The notes beneath the pieces are model-generated. The model searched no databases and was not told the origin of the DNA. It saw nothing but the letters and a program-made list of their open reading frames with translations. From the human T2T-CHM13v2.0 reference genome, Homo sapiens, in the NCBI RefSeq assembly GCF_009914755.1, contig NC_060926.1: DNA of 64,000 nucleotides; one strand, written 5' to 3'. Below are positions 41,818-54,101 of the stretch, piece after piece (position 1 is the stretch's first letter; every line of letters begins with the position of its first letter). The translations under genes were made by a program, and so were the position numbers.

Positions 41818-42068
41818 TAATCATTAGTGTGATAAAACAGAGATATGCTGAATTTGCAATTACAGATAAAAAAGTATAATATCAAGATTGTGCTTAAGAA
41901 CAACTTTCATGTTCAATGCTTGTGTTTTGCAGGCCCCCCCACAATAACTTAGGAAAGAATGTGAGAGATCAGGCAGCAAAAGAGGACCATGTGGATTACT
42001 GTAAAATGTTATCATCCAGAAAAATCTAAAGGGTAAAGGTAAGATGCGTATCACTGAAAATCTATTTT
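41818..42068 (-). repeat. Right arm of the ~250-bp inverted repeat
   Basis: ORF track shows near-identical translations at 40949..41161(+) and 41860..42054(-); confirmed by hand alignment. Confidence 0.97.
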
Positions 42069-42924
42069 ACATTATACATTATACATGGCTCAGCCTGAGA
42101 GGTGGCTTGCACCAACTCACAAAGCCCTGAATGAGTAGAGCTGAGTCTCAAACTCATTCTCATCATTCCAAGTCTTCTGTACCATAAAGAAGAGTCTTTG
42201 TCTCTACCATGGCTTCCTCTCAATGTTACTGCTGTGAAGAAAAGGTCCTGAGCAGACAGAGTTGTAAAATGAACAGAGGATTGAAAAACAAGGGACACCA
42301 GATTGGATGAAGGATCTGTGTCTCACTCTTTCCTCACAACTTTGTGGCTGATGCTGCTTTCCTGGGCTCACAGATCCCATCCTTATGGGAACCTACTGAA
42401 CTAAAGGGGTATTTCAGGTTGTGTTTCTGAATAGATGGACACCTCAGCAGGTGAACCCTTTGGCTAAAAGATAATTCAATGCAATGATCGATGACTATGC
42501 CATGACTGACTTGCTATTTGATGAATGATCAGAGTATCTTGCTGACCAGAGTTGAAATAGATGTTCACACAGAGACAGCCCCAAACTTTCAAATTAAGCC
42601 ATCTCTTAGTAATAGTTCAGTATATGTCAAAATTTTTTAAACCAAAACTGAGGAATAGGAAAGAAGTATTTGAATGTGAGGAAAAAACACCACTTACATC
42701 ACTGATCAGTCTTTCAAAGTAGAAATTAAAATATTCATGAATATTCTCTATGAGCCTTTCCTAAAGGCTGCATACCCAGCAGTGAATTAGTGTTCTGTTA
42801 AATAAATAAAACATAAAAGGCCCAGTTCACCTGCACTATAGCCAGCTAGTAAAATTCAGAACATATGAGGGGGACAAAAAGAAGTAACAGACCAACACAA
42901 GTGAATAATTAAAGGAGTTGTGAA

Positions 42925-43140
42925 GTGTTAAGAATGGTGGACCAAGGCTACACCATTTATGGCCTGTGAGACTTCAAACATGCTACTTAGCATCTCTAAC
43001 TCAGTTTTCCTGTCTAAAAAATGGGGATGATACACTCAATTGCTTATTTTGTTATTACCATAAATGCTATTATGTATACAAAGCATCTCACACAGCTTTT
43101 GATAAATATTAAATGTTCGATAAAAGCTAATCATTATTTA
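42925..43140 (+). mobile_element. MIR
   Basis: ctcagttttcctgtctaaaaaatggggatgatac...aaagcatctcacacag. Confidence 0.65.
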
Positions 43141-44079
43141 GCAATTGAGAAATTATTTGTAATTGCAGCTAAAATGTTTGTTATCTCAAATAAGTCCTTC
43201 ATCCTTGGTTAGAATCTGGTTAATATAAATGTCACAATCAATCTAGACAGAGCATCCTAAAATCTTCTGGCCTCAATTGAAAGAATCCAAAAGTTTGTGT
43301 AATAGCATACGTCACTTTGCCTGTCTGATTATCCATACGCTCATCAGGGTTTTGAGCATTTTTTACCTTCTTACTTCTTTTGGTATACTAGATTAGTCAA
43401 ACATCTGCCCTTGTGTGCTGATGAGAGTAACTTGAGCTAGGACACAAATTACCTTGACACCCTGTTCCAGAGATCAGAAATGCTATTTTCACGTATCTGC
43501 TAATAGCTGTCCTCCCCAGTAGTGCCCATGTGACCTTTAAATATCACAGAAGCTAAGTGTCAAAGGAGAATAATAATGCCATTTTAATTGATTGGTAAAT
43601 TATTGAGCAGCGTTGGCTAATACTCCGTAACACCTCTTTCCTCTCCCTTTCCCACTCCATCTTACTGGAACAAATCATTATGCTCTCTGGAGGGTTCCTG
43701 CTTTTCTTACATGTGAATCTATGATCCATTTGACCCTGTCTGCTATGATGTAACATATAGGTTAGCTGAAAGAATGTGGAGATAAATGTAATGCAAAATA
43801 ACTGTGAAAATTGTAAGCTAAAAAATGTCCTTGTAGACTACATTTCACTGCAGTTCTAACCAGTCAGAGCAAAATGTAATACTACTTTGAATTTTTTTAT
43901 TGCTATTTTTTAAACAATAAGTTGAAAGTTTCTTTGATCAGGATTTTTTGGAGTTTTGGAATGTCTGATGTTGGGAGTGATAACAAAACTTTGATACTGG
44001 TCACAAGTGAGTGACTGTATAACCCTGGTCCCATTACATAGCATTACTACTTTTGGAAACATTTGTTTATAGAAATCCA

Positions 44080-44630
44080 AACATCCACCCAGCCCCCTCG
44101 ATCATGCCCCTCTCTGCATTATCCTGTTTCTCCTCTGATGAGATCCTTCAAGGTAACATCTCTACAAAATGCCCAAACCTTGCAGTTCTCCCTTCCATGA
44201 ACACTCACATCCATCACCCCCAATAACATATGCATGGAACAGCTTGGGATGACCCCAAATCCTCTCAGATTCCTTTGCCCTGTGTAGTGCGTTGTCTTCT
44301 CTTAAGATGCTATAATGTGTATTTTTTACTTCCTTAAAAATTTAATTCTACCTTCATGTCTTCTGAAAAAAATTTCTTGGGCCCCTTACTTTGTGTTTGG
44401 TGTTCCATGACACTCTGGGCCTCCTCCCTAATGTAACCATGGTGCTGTGATACTCATTTTTGTGTTTCCCTCCCCCATTTGTCTCTAGACTCATTTTGGG
44501 GATGAGAAGGATGAAAAGCACACTCATCCCTGTAGCCTCAGTTCCTTGCTCAGAGCCTTTGGTGTGTTAAGCATTCAGAATCATTTGTGGAAAGACTAGA
44601 TGAAAGAGCAAGTGAATTAATGAACAAATG
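44080..44630 (+). mobile_element. L2 3' region, degenerate
   Basis: Ends cactcatccctgtagcctcagttccttgctcagagcc...gaattaatgaacaaatga. Confidence 0.5.
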
Positions 44631-46279
44631 ATACTTTTTCAGAGTGTCAGGCTGTTCATCTTCCTAGACTTTCTTTACTTACTGCTACCATTAAATAGTA
44701 TTTTAGAATTCAAAACCCTTCAACAGTATCTGAAGAGGAAAGAAACTATGTTTCTTTACATCTGTCTGTCTAAAAATCAAGCAAGAAAGTCCATGCAAAA
44801 AAGATGAGAGGAAAGCAGTGACCACGTGATAGCTTAGCCTGCAGAGTGTTAAAAATATGTGTCCTCATAGACACACTTCCGGTGCTGATGTGTCTCTGTG
44901 GCCTTCTTCCTGGCTTGATTATGAAATTAGCTCATTTAACAAATAATTCAACCCCTACATCTTATACAAGCTCAGCATTACGATGTTCGGATTTAGAGCA
45001 CGCTGGGAGCAACACCCAGGAGATGAGGTCTATGGTGGATTCAGAGGGTGCGCACATGCTCAGAAATGAATTAAAATGCAAAACAGCGGGGCAGCATCAA
45101 TGCAGTGGGGTCAAGATGGCAAAACAGGAACAGAAGCAGAATAAAAAGTCCAGTAATTACTCGCTGTGTAACACTGGATAAATTAGTCCCTCTGAGGCTT
45201 ATCTGAAAATGGGAATAATGATACCTAATTCACAGCAAGCTGATGAGGATTATTGAACCTGTGTGGCGGAATTGGAAATATGTTTGAAATTATTAGCGCA
45301 AGCAATATGACAGTTACCGAATGCCTTCTACCTGTCTGATAACAAGATAATCAAGAACAACTTAACTTCCCAATTCAGCTCAGGAACAGTTCTGTATGTG
45401 ACCACGCATGTTTGGTCCAGTGTTTCTGACTTTGAGAAGTTGAAAGTCTTGCAAGGCAGGCATTGCCAATAAGATCGTACTTCTTCCTACAAAATGGGCA
45501 GGAGATTTGTGGAACACTTTCTCCAACTGGTCACTAACACTTAAGAAAAGGTGTTCTCTCCTTGAAAGCAGACTGACTGACTTGTCTTGATTCTTCGAGA
45601 TTTCCCTCGGCGTATTTATCTGTGGGTGTGAAGAGGATTCCAACAACAGCTCAGAAGTCCAGTGCTGATCTGTAAGCCTCCAGAGAGTTAAGGCTTGTTC
45701 TTCACTACTGAGCCCCAAGGGATAAGAGATCTGGGCTCTGATGGCCCCCATGGGCCATGTATAAAGTGTAGAAAATCTTTCCAACTTATGTGTAAGAAAC
45801 ACAAATGGAGGAGATAGAAATTCTGGCCCTCTCATGGCCCAGTTACCAGGAACCAATCAGAAGACCAAAACCAAACAAATAAATAAATAAATAATAAAAA
45901 TAGAGTAAAGGAATAAAAAGTATCTCATATAGCACTTGATTCTCCTTTTCAGCCCATATCCACCAGTGAGAATGATGATAGTCAACTCAGATAACCTGCA
46001 AGCTGCAGAGTCACCTGTCTGCTCTGCCTCTGTCAATTGGTTGCAGGCTGGCAGTCTAGATGGCAGTTGATTATGTCTCCATTCCATATTTACAGCATCG
46101 AATGGGGAGGGAGAGTTGTGCAGAGGGATTTGACATGGGCTTGAGTAGCTAATACAATTTCCAGCTTCACAGAAGCTAAACCATGGATCCCTTTAATGTC
46201 AGATGCAACAACTGACCCTGAACATTTGCTAAATGCCAGACACCAGTTCTGGCATTGGGATACAGAGGGGAAGCACCAT

Positions 46280-46520
46280 GGTTTGGTTAAAGGCTGAGAC
46301 TCTGAAGGCTGTTTGCCTGGAAAGAGCCCTGTCTTGCCCATAGGCATGTTGTAAGGTTTGCGCAACCCACTTCCACTCTATGCCTCAAATCCCTCATCTG
46401 TAAAATGAAGATAAGAAAAGTGTCGCCCACAGGTTTGTTGCAAGGATAAATGAATTCATACAAATTAGGGGCTTAGAACAATGTTTCATAACTTCTCAGG
46501 AAGTCATAGCTATTATAAAA
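46280..46520 (+). mobile_element. MIR
   Basis: tgcctcaaatccctcatctgtaaaatgaagataag...ggataaatgaatt...gcttagaacaatg. Confidence 0.75.
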
Positions 46521-47304
46521 ATCAATGAAGAGAAAGATAGGCACAGTCCTTCTGCTTCCTCTAACCTCCACTGAGCTCCAGATACTGACCTGCCCATGGA
46601 CCATCCCTCCTCTCCTCCCCTGATGTGCCATTTGGTGCCCCTCTGCCTATCTTTGCCTTCATCGGTGGCCTTGAATTCTGTGTGCTGGTGTAGCTGGCTC
46701 CACGTCCTGCATCACCATCCTCCTCAATACCTGGTCCTGCAGGTGTCCTCCCAAACTCAGCTCCTTCCTCTCAATCTACTCAGGTATGGCATTTCCAGGC
46801 TCTAATTCTGACAGCCTCTGTCTTCCTTTCTATGACCTCAGATCCATCACTTACCATAATATGACCTCCATTCTTTATCTATAATAGGGGATCTAGAAAA
46901 GCAATTTATCTAAGATCATTTTCAACTTCAACTTCTTGTGTTTTATGACTATAATCTGTGAATCATAGAAAAATTCCAGTTTCACCTACTGAATCTAAGA
47001 CAAACCCAGTAGACACTTCCTGAACATGGAAGTAAAGTTTGATATTATCAAGCTAGAGGGCTCTGGACCCAGGTCATGAAGAAAGAGGCATTTCTCCATG
47101 GCAAATCAAGGCTTCACTACCATAGGGTGAGCCCAACTCAGGGTCAAAGGAAAGCCAAGGCCAAAGAAAAGTGGCCTGGCCACGTGGGCTTGACCTGGCT
47201 AAGAAAATGCAGGTTAACAATGAGTCAGATGCTGAGACAGCAAGCAACACAAGAGGCGACCTGGAAGCACGTGCTCTAAGAAAAAAAGCAGTGAACACTA
47301 GGGA

Positions 47305-47540
47305 ATAAAAAGGAAGAGGAGAGGAAGGGAGGGGAGGGGAGGGAGGGAGGGAAGGAAGGAGGGACAGAGGGAAGGAGGGAGGGAAGGAAGGAGGGACAGA
47401 GGGAAGGAGGGAGGGAAGGAAGGAGGGACAGAGGGAAGGAGGGAGGGAAGGAAGGAGGGACAGAGGGAAGGAGGGAGGGAAGGAAGGAAGGAAGGAGAAA
47501 AGGAAGGGAGAAGGAAAAGAAAAAAGAAAAAAGAAAAACA
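47305..47540. repeat. Polypurine minisatellite with a 32-bp unit
   Basis: gagggaaggagggagggaaggaaggagggaca is perfect at 47367-47398, 47399-47430 and 47431-47462, with partial flanking copies. Confidence 0.93.
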
Positions 47541-47803
47541 TATCTGAGTAACTCTTTGAGTTAGAGGTTATTCATAGGCAAAGATTTTATTTTCAAAGAG
47601 ATGAACAGAGCTAGGAAGTGCTGCTTTCATTCCCAGGATAAGAAAAATCACAATTCAGTCAGAAATCTGAAAGACAAAAGTACTGAAAAACAGAAGACAA
47701 AATCTCCTTCTGGATCTCATAGCATCAAGGTCCTGGGGCATGTGTGTGTTGGGATGGGAGCAGGGTGCAGGCACAAACTCTTAAGCTGGAGTCAAATGAG
47801 ATA

Positions 47804-47906
47804 GATATATTTTAAAATTTTATATATATATGTATATATATATTTTAAAATTTTATATATATATGTATATATATATTTTAAAAATTTATATATATATATA
47901 TATATA
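47804..47906. repeat. AT-rich 33-bp tandem repeat (about 3 copies)
   Basis: Unit atatatatattttaaaattttatatatatatgt. Confidence 0.9.
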
Positions 47907-50277
47907 CAAAAAAAAATTCAAGATGAAAATAATTTAGAAAACATTAAATAGTGTTGAGCCTGAATCAGGAGCCCTGATGTTTTGTTGTTTCTTTCTCCTT
48001 TTAGCCTCAATATGATCATTTTATAAATCTCCACAGTATTCGATACTTTAATTTTCTTCCCTGTGTACAAGACAATTTGTTTTCAGATTGAAGTAACATC
48101 TGTTTCTGTAGATAATTAAGTTATTAGATGCTGATCAATTTAATAAAGCCACAAGGCTTTCCTGACCTCTTTATGCATAATCAATGAATTTAGATGCAAA
48201 ATGTGAAAACCTTACTTTTTAAAAAGTGAAGAAAATCTTCCATTAACATAGTCATTTTGTAATTACTTGATACTTGCAATCAGATGGCTATGCAAACACA
48301 ACATTCTGGAAACACAGATTATTCAATCATTTCAGGGTAGCAAGAGAAAGGCCTGGGAAATGGTTGATCTTCCTTTTGTCCTTGAACCAACAATTTCCAT
48401 CCTTTATTACCTGAAGTATGTTTATTTTATACCTACTACAGTTAAAGTTTCTATTCCACCTGCTATAACAGGTATCACTTCTAGAGTGTTCTAGACATTT
48501 TGCATACATCCTTCACTCAATCCTTTCAGTAATCTTACAAGTAATTATTAATAATTATTAATATACCTACACTTTACAGATGGCTGAGAGAGGAGGTAAC
48601 TCATGGGGTCTTCCAAGGTGGTGTCAGAATTTAAACTTCAACCCCTGGACTCTGGTCTCCATCCTAAAACAAACTCTTTCAAATATTTATTGCACCACTA
48701 ATTGGACAAGTTTCTTCAGGGATATTACCTCTGTCCTCAGCTTCTTGTATGTTGGTCTGTGATAGTATTTGAAGAAGCAAGCAGCATTGATTCCCATAGA
48801 TTTTGAGACATTATTCAAGGTCCAGAATTCTCTGTTTCCAGAGTTTCGTCAGTTAGCAGATAGATCAACTTTACTACATTCAGTGGGAATAGATTCTCAA
48901 GTTGACAGGGATGCCAGTGAAATAATTAATCAGGAATTAGATTAAACAGTGCGGGTAAGACTTGCACCATGATCATCTTCTCGTCATTTGAGAAATTAGA
49001 AAATTTCTATTTTAAAGCCGAAATACAGTTTACAACTTTAAACTTAACTTGGGTGCCAAACAAACATGGGAATGAATATAAATTAGCACAAAAGCCTATT
49101 TGTATTTTTGCTGTCAGATTGAAGATGTTTCTGTTTCATTTAAGACATTCTTTTTTTTATTTATGACATTAACAAAGGTAATAACAATAAAAGCCGCAAA
49201 ACACAGTATAATTGACAAGACAGAAGACATGTGGATGTGAAGTTACTTCACTTAATGTCCTTTGAGCCTCTTTCATCAAATGTGAAAATCAAAGTGCTAC
49301 CTGTCTGTCACATACAATTATTTTGTAGATCAATGAGAGAGTGTATAATGCAGATACTCTGAAAAGTATAAAGAGCCTGATCAGTATGAAGTATTATTCA
49401 GTAATAAATTGTTTTGTTAATTTCCATGTGACTTTAGACCTCCATCTAATGCAACTCATCACTTTCATGTGCTCATCTAAAATCAATTAACAATGATTTC
49501 CTTCAGTGAAGTGCAGATGAAGCTGTACTTTTATTAGTAAATACATTTTTTGTCAAAACAGCAATGTAAATGAAACACTAACTCCTAACTTTGCTAGTTG
49601 CTCTTCCATGCTCTACCACCATGCCACATCTTTCAGAGGCAGTATGACAGAGTATGGCCACAGTACCATGTTACCTTCTTTTTTATTTTATTCAACTATA
49701 GTATTAGAATATATAAGTCTTTGGAATTATTAAGTGGTGCCTACAATTTGACATGTAAATGAATCTTACTCTAGGCATTTAATATAAAGAAGATTTAACA
49801 TATAATTTTAATACTAAATATTAGATACTGTTTTAAAGATGAATAATCTTGGCAGTGAATTCCTATGACCATGTAGTACTATAGGTAAATCCCCAATTAG
49901 CCCTGACATTTTTGTCTTATAAATTTGCAATTTTATTTTTGGTATTTCTGGGTTCCATAATATGAAACACATCTGTATATATAAAGTTTATTTATTGTTT
50001 TCTTATAATGACTTTCATTTATTTTTTGCATGTGAGATGACAGAAATTCCTTTTTGTGTTGGGTAGGGTACTGAAAAATTGAAATGAATCGTTAAGAAAA
50101 AAACATAAACAAAACTTTTTTGGAGCTCTGTGACTCTTCTTGATAAATAGGAAAGATGGGCGTAATTCCTGGATAACTCTTCACTTAAAACAGTCTGGAT
50201 TTTAGCAATAAGACTTTGTGCCTGTTGCCCTGGTGCTCCATCTGGTTTAGCACCATTCCACTGACTCTTCAATCTTT

Positions 50278-50550
50278 CATTATATTTTTAAATTAAGATA
50301 TAACTTACATACAGGAAGGTCAAAATTCTTAAATGTACAGCTGAATATGCTTGTACATTCACACACATGTGTGTAACTGCTGCCCAAGTAAAGGCATAGA
50401 AAACTGTCCCAGCCCCATTAAAAACTCCTTGGGCCTCTTCTAGTTGATGGCCCCTCCACAGGAAATCAATATTCTGCCCTCCAACACAATAGATTAGTTT
50501 TGCCTGATTTTGAACTTGATGTAAGTGGAACCATAACCAAGTAATACTGC
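50278..50550 (-). mobile_element. L1ME 3' end
   Basis: ttttaaattaagatataacttacatac...cttaaatgtacagct...tagattagttttgcctgattttgaactt. Confidence 0.75.
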
Positions 50551-51269
50551 TAAAGTTACATTAAAATAGGCCGGGATGCATTTGTCAGACCTCCACTTGG
50601 TACTTCCAGCTTCTTCCACGGTCTGCTCTGGTCATGTATAAGACACGTGCAGAAAATAATTCTCACTTTATGCATGATTACATTTGAAAGATGATCAGAC
50701 ATATGCATTTTTCTACTCCACATCCCTTCCAGACACAGGTTAACTAATAACCACCTTTCAAGGAGACTATGCAGAGGACACACATCAAAACAAAGTGCCC
50801 ATAGGCAGAGGCCAATGACCACATCGAATTCCCTCAGCAATCAGGATGTGGTATGCAGAAGTATTCATTGCTGTTGTCCCTGATGGTCACTTGTCCCTGA
50901 TGGCCCCTGTTGCAGTCAGCAAGATGAACAGAGCCACTAGTCCTGTACTAAGAGTGTCAGTGGGAAGTGAGGGGAACTTGCTGTTCAAGTATACATGAAC
51001 TGTGGTGAGGTAAAACAGAAGTGCTGAACAAACCTGCTGTAGAGATGTATAGAGATTAATGTGAGCAGTCTTGATCATGTATTATATGCATATAATTACA
51101 ACTATTCTAGCCAGAAATAGGCTGTGTGTCCCAACAAGGGCTCTGTCACTTAACATGCCTCGGCTCATCTTGACTCAGCTTGGATAGTTTCTGGCTCTAC
51201 CAATGAACAATCGGTCACTCAGGTCATATTTTTGGTAATTTTTGCTTCTGTTTAATCATGTCTTCTCTA

Positions 51270-51730
51270 TACTCATTGCCCATAATTATTTATTAGTGTG
51301 TAAGAACCCTAAAACTCACTGACGTAAAACAACCATTTATTATGTTCTATGATTTTGGGGGGTATCTTGGCTGTGATGCATGGTTTTTTGGCACCATGCA
51401 GCATTGACTTTTTTGCATTCGGCTACCCTAGGTTGTGAGGTCTAAGAAGTTTTGTCTCACACATCCGGTATCTCAGTACTTCTCCATACATCCTCTTCTC
51501 CTTCACTATCTTGGGCTTTTATGGTGGTTGCTGAGTACTTAGACATTTTACTTGGCAGACTGCAACAAGAGCAGAAGTGGAAGATTCCAGGCTTCCTCTT
51601 ATTATATTCATCAAAATAAGTGATAAGGCAAACATAGATACATGGGACAATGAGGAATAGATTCTGTTTCTTTGTGTGTCAGACAAGCATTCACATACAA
51701 AGAGAGAAGGGTTGATGATGCATCTTTGGA
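51270..51730 (-). mobile_element. Old MLT1-type LTR, degenerate
   Basis: ccctaaaactcactgacgtaaaacaaccatttattatgttctatgattttg. Confidence 0.55.
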
Positions 51731-51734
51731 GAAT

Positions 51735-54101
51735 GAAGCACACCTCATTTTATTGCATTTCCTTTATTTCACTTCAAAGATATTGCATTTTATTTTTACA
51801 AATGGAGGGTTTGTGGCAACCCTGCATTGAGCAAGTCCATTGGCACCATTTTTCCAAAAGCCTGTGCTCATTTCCTGTCTCTGTGTCACATTTTGGTAGT
51901 TATCACAATATTTCAAACATTTTCATTATATCTGTTAGGGTGATCTGTGATCAGTGATCTTTAATGTTACTATTGTAATTGTTTTTGGGGACCGCAAACC
52001 ACATCCATATGACATGGCAAACCTAATCAATAACAGTTGTGTGTGTTCTGAGTGCTCCACCAACAGGCTCTTCTCTATCTCTTTCCCTCTCCTTCGGCCT
52101 CCCTATTCCCTGAGACACAACAGTGTTGCAATTAGGCCAACAACACAATGGCATCTAAGTGTTCAAATGAAAGGAAGAGTCACATGTCTCTCACTTTAAA
52201 TAAAAAGCTAGAAATGATTAAGCTTAGTCAGGAAGGCCTGTCAAAATCTGAGATAGGCTGAAATCTAAGTCTCTTGTGCCAAACAGTTTGCTAAGTTGTG
52301 AATGCAAAGGAAAAGTTATTGAAGAAGAGTAAAAGTGCTACTCTAGTGAACGTAAAAATAAGAAAGCAAAACAACCTTACTGGTGATAAGGAGAAAGTTT
52401 TAATAGTCTGGAGAGATCAAACCAGCTACAGTCCCTTAAGCCAAAACCTAACATAGAACAAGGCCTTAACTCTTTTCTATTCTATGAAGGTTGAGAGAGG
52501 TGAGGAAGCTGCAGAAGAAAAGTTTGAACCTAGCACGGGTTGGTTCATGAGATTTAAGGGAAAAAGCTGTTTCCATAACACAAAAGTGCAGCTGAAGCAG
52601 CAAGTGCTGGTGTAGAAGCTATAGCGAGTTATATAAGATCATTGATGAAAATGGCTACAGTAACAACAGATTTTCAATGTAGACAAAAGAGGCTTATGTT
52701 AGAAGAAGATGCCATCTTGTACTTTTATAGCAAGAGAGGAAAAGTCAATGTCTGGCTTCACACCTTCAAAGGACCGGCTGACTCTGTTATTAGAGGCTGA
52801 GGCAGCTAGTGACTTTAAGTTAAAGCCAATGGTCATTTATCATCCTGAAAATCCTACATCCCTTAAGAATTATGTTAAAGCTCCTCCATCTGTGCTCTAG
52901 AAATGAAACAACAGAGCCAGAGTCACAGCACATCTGTTCATAGGACTATTTGCTGTAATATTGTAAGCTCATTGTTAAGACCTGCTACTCAGAAAAAGTG
53001 ATTCCTTTCAAAGATCACTGCTCATTGACAATGTTTCTGGTCACTCAAGAGCTCTGATGAAGATGTACAAAGAGATTAGTCTTGTTTTAATGCCTGCCAA
53101 CACAACATCCATTTTGCAGACTATGGATCAAGGAGTAACTTTGACCTTCAAGTCTTATTATTTAAAAAATAAATCTTCTAATGCCCTAGCTACCATAGAT
53201 AGTGATTTCTCTGTCTGAGCAAAGTAAATTGAAAACCTTCTGGAAAAAATACAACATTCTTGATGTCATTAAGAATATTTGTGATCCATGGGAAGAAGTC
53301 AAAATATCAAACTTAACAGGAGTCTGGAGGAAGTTGATTCCAAACCTCTTGAATGACTTTGGGTGATTCAAGACTTCAATGACAGAAATAACTCCAGATG
53401 TGGTAGGAATAGCAAGAGAACTAGAATTAGAAGTGGAGCCTGAACATGTGACTGGATTGTTGCAATCTTGTGATAAAATATTAATGGATGAAGAGTTACT
53501 TCTTGAAGATAAGCAAATAAAGTGACTTATTGAGATGGAATGTACACGTAGTGAAGACGCCATGAACATGGTTGAAATGACAAAAAAGCATTTAGAATAT
53601 CCCATAAACTTAGTTTATAAGGCAGTGGCAGGGTTTTAAAAGATTGAGTTTAATTTCAAAAGAGGTTCTACTGTGGATAAAATGCTAGCAAAGTGCATTA
53701 CATGCTACAGAGAAATCTTTGATGATAGGAAGAGTCAATTGATGCAACAAACTTTATTGTATTATTTTAAGAAATTGACAAAGCCACCCCAACCTTCAGC
53801 AACCCCACCTTCATTAGTTAGCAGCCATCAACATCTAGACAAGACCCTCCATTAGCAAAAAGATTAAGACTTCTTAAAGACTCTGATGACCATTAGCATT
53901 TTTTACCAATAAAGTATTTTTAGTTCAGGTATGCACATTGTTTTTATAGATATAATGCTATTGCACACTTAGTCTACAGTATAATGTAAACATAACTTTT
54001 AGATGCACTGAAACAACAAAATTGTGTAACTTGCTTTTTTGCAATATTTGTGTATTGTAGTGGTCTGGAACCAAACCCACAATATCCCCAAGGTATGCCT
54101 A
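51735..54101 (+). mobile_element. Tigger1 (pogo/TcMar) DNA transposon, near full length
   Basis: Left end gaagcacacctcattttattgc (consensus caggcatacctcgttttattgc); right end aatatccccaaggtatgcct followed by TA; ~2.37 kb. Confidence 0.95.
52167..53855 (+). pseudogene. Disrupted Tigger1 transposase (CENP-B HTH / DDE family)
   Basis: 52709..52900 [49 protein letters not shown] matches Tigger1/TIGD1-type transposase; multiple stops and frameshifts; limits approximate. Confidence 0.88.

Noticed and set aside
40949-42054. Two near-identical short ORFs on opposite strands suggesting a duplicated gene pair
   Set aside because: They are translations of the inverted-repeat arms, with non-ATG starts and no coding signal.
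40956-42068. Inverted repeat interpreted as transposon TIRs (MITE or non-autonomous element)
   Set aside because: No TA or 8-bp TSD at the outer ends, no recognisable terminal motif, and arm identity is higher than expected for long-extinct human DNA transposons; not fully excluded without a Dfam search.
45380-46087. Minus-strand frame of 76 aa + TGA + 158 aa (possible readthrough or pseudogene)
   Set aside because: No recognisable protein similarity, spans a (TTTA)n microsatellite, and the second part starts at TTG; compatible with chance. A tblastn or PhyloCSF hit would reverse this.
47335-47490. 32-bp periodic repeat resembling a CRISPR array
   Set aside because: Head-to-tail units with no unique spacers, no cas genes, and a eukaryotic context.
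47074-47541. 155-aa minus-strand ORF with PSLLPS repeats
   Set aside because: Translation of the polypurine minisatellite.
53186-53605. 139-aa minus-strand ORF
   Set aside because: Antisense to the decayed Tigger1 transposase; shadow ORF.
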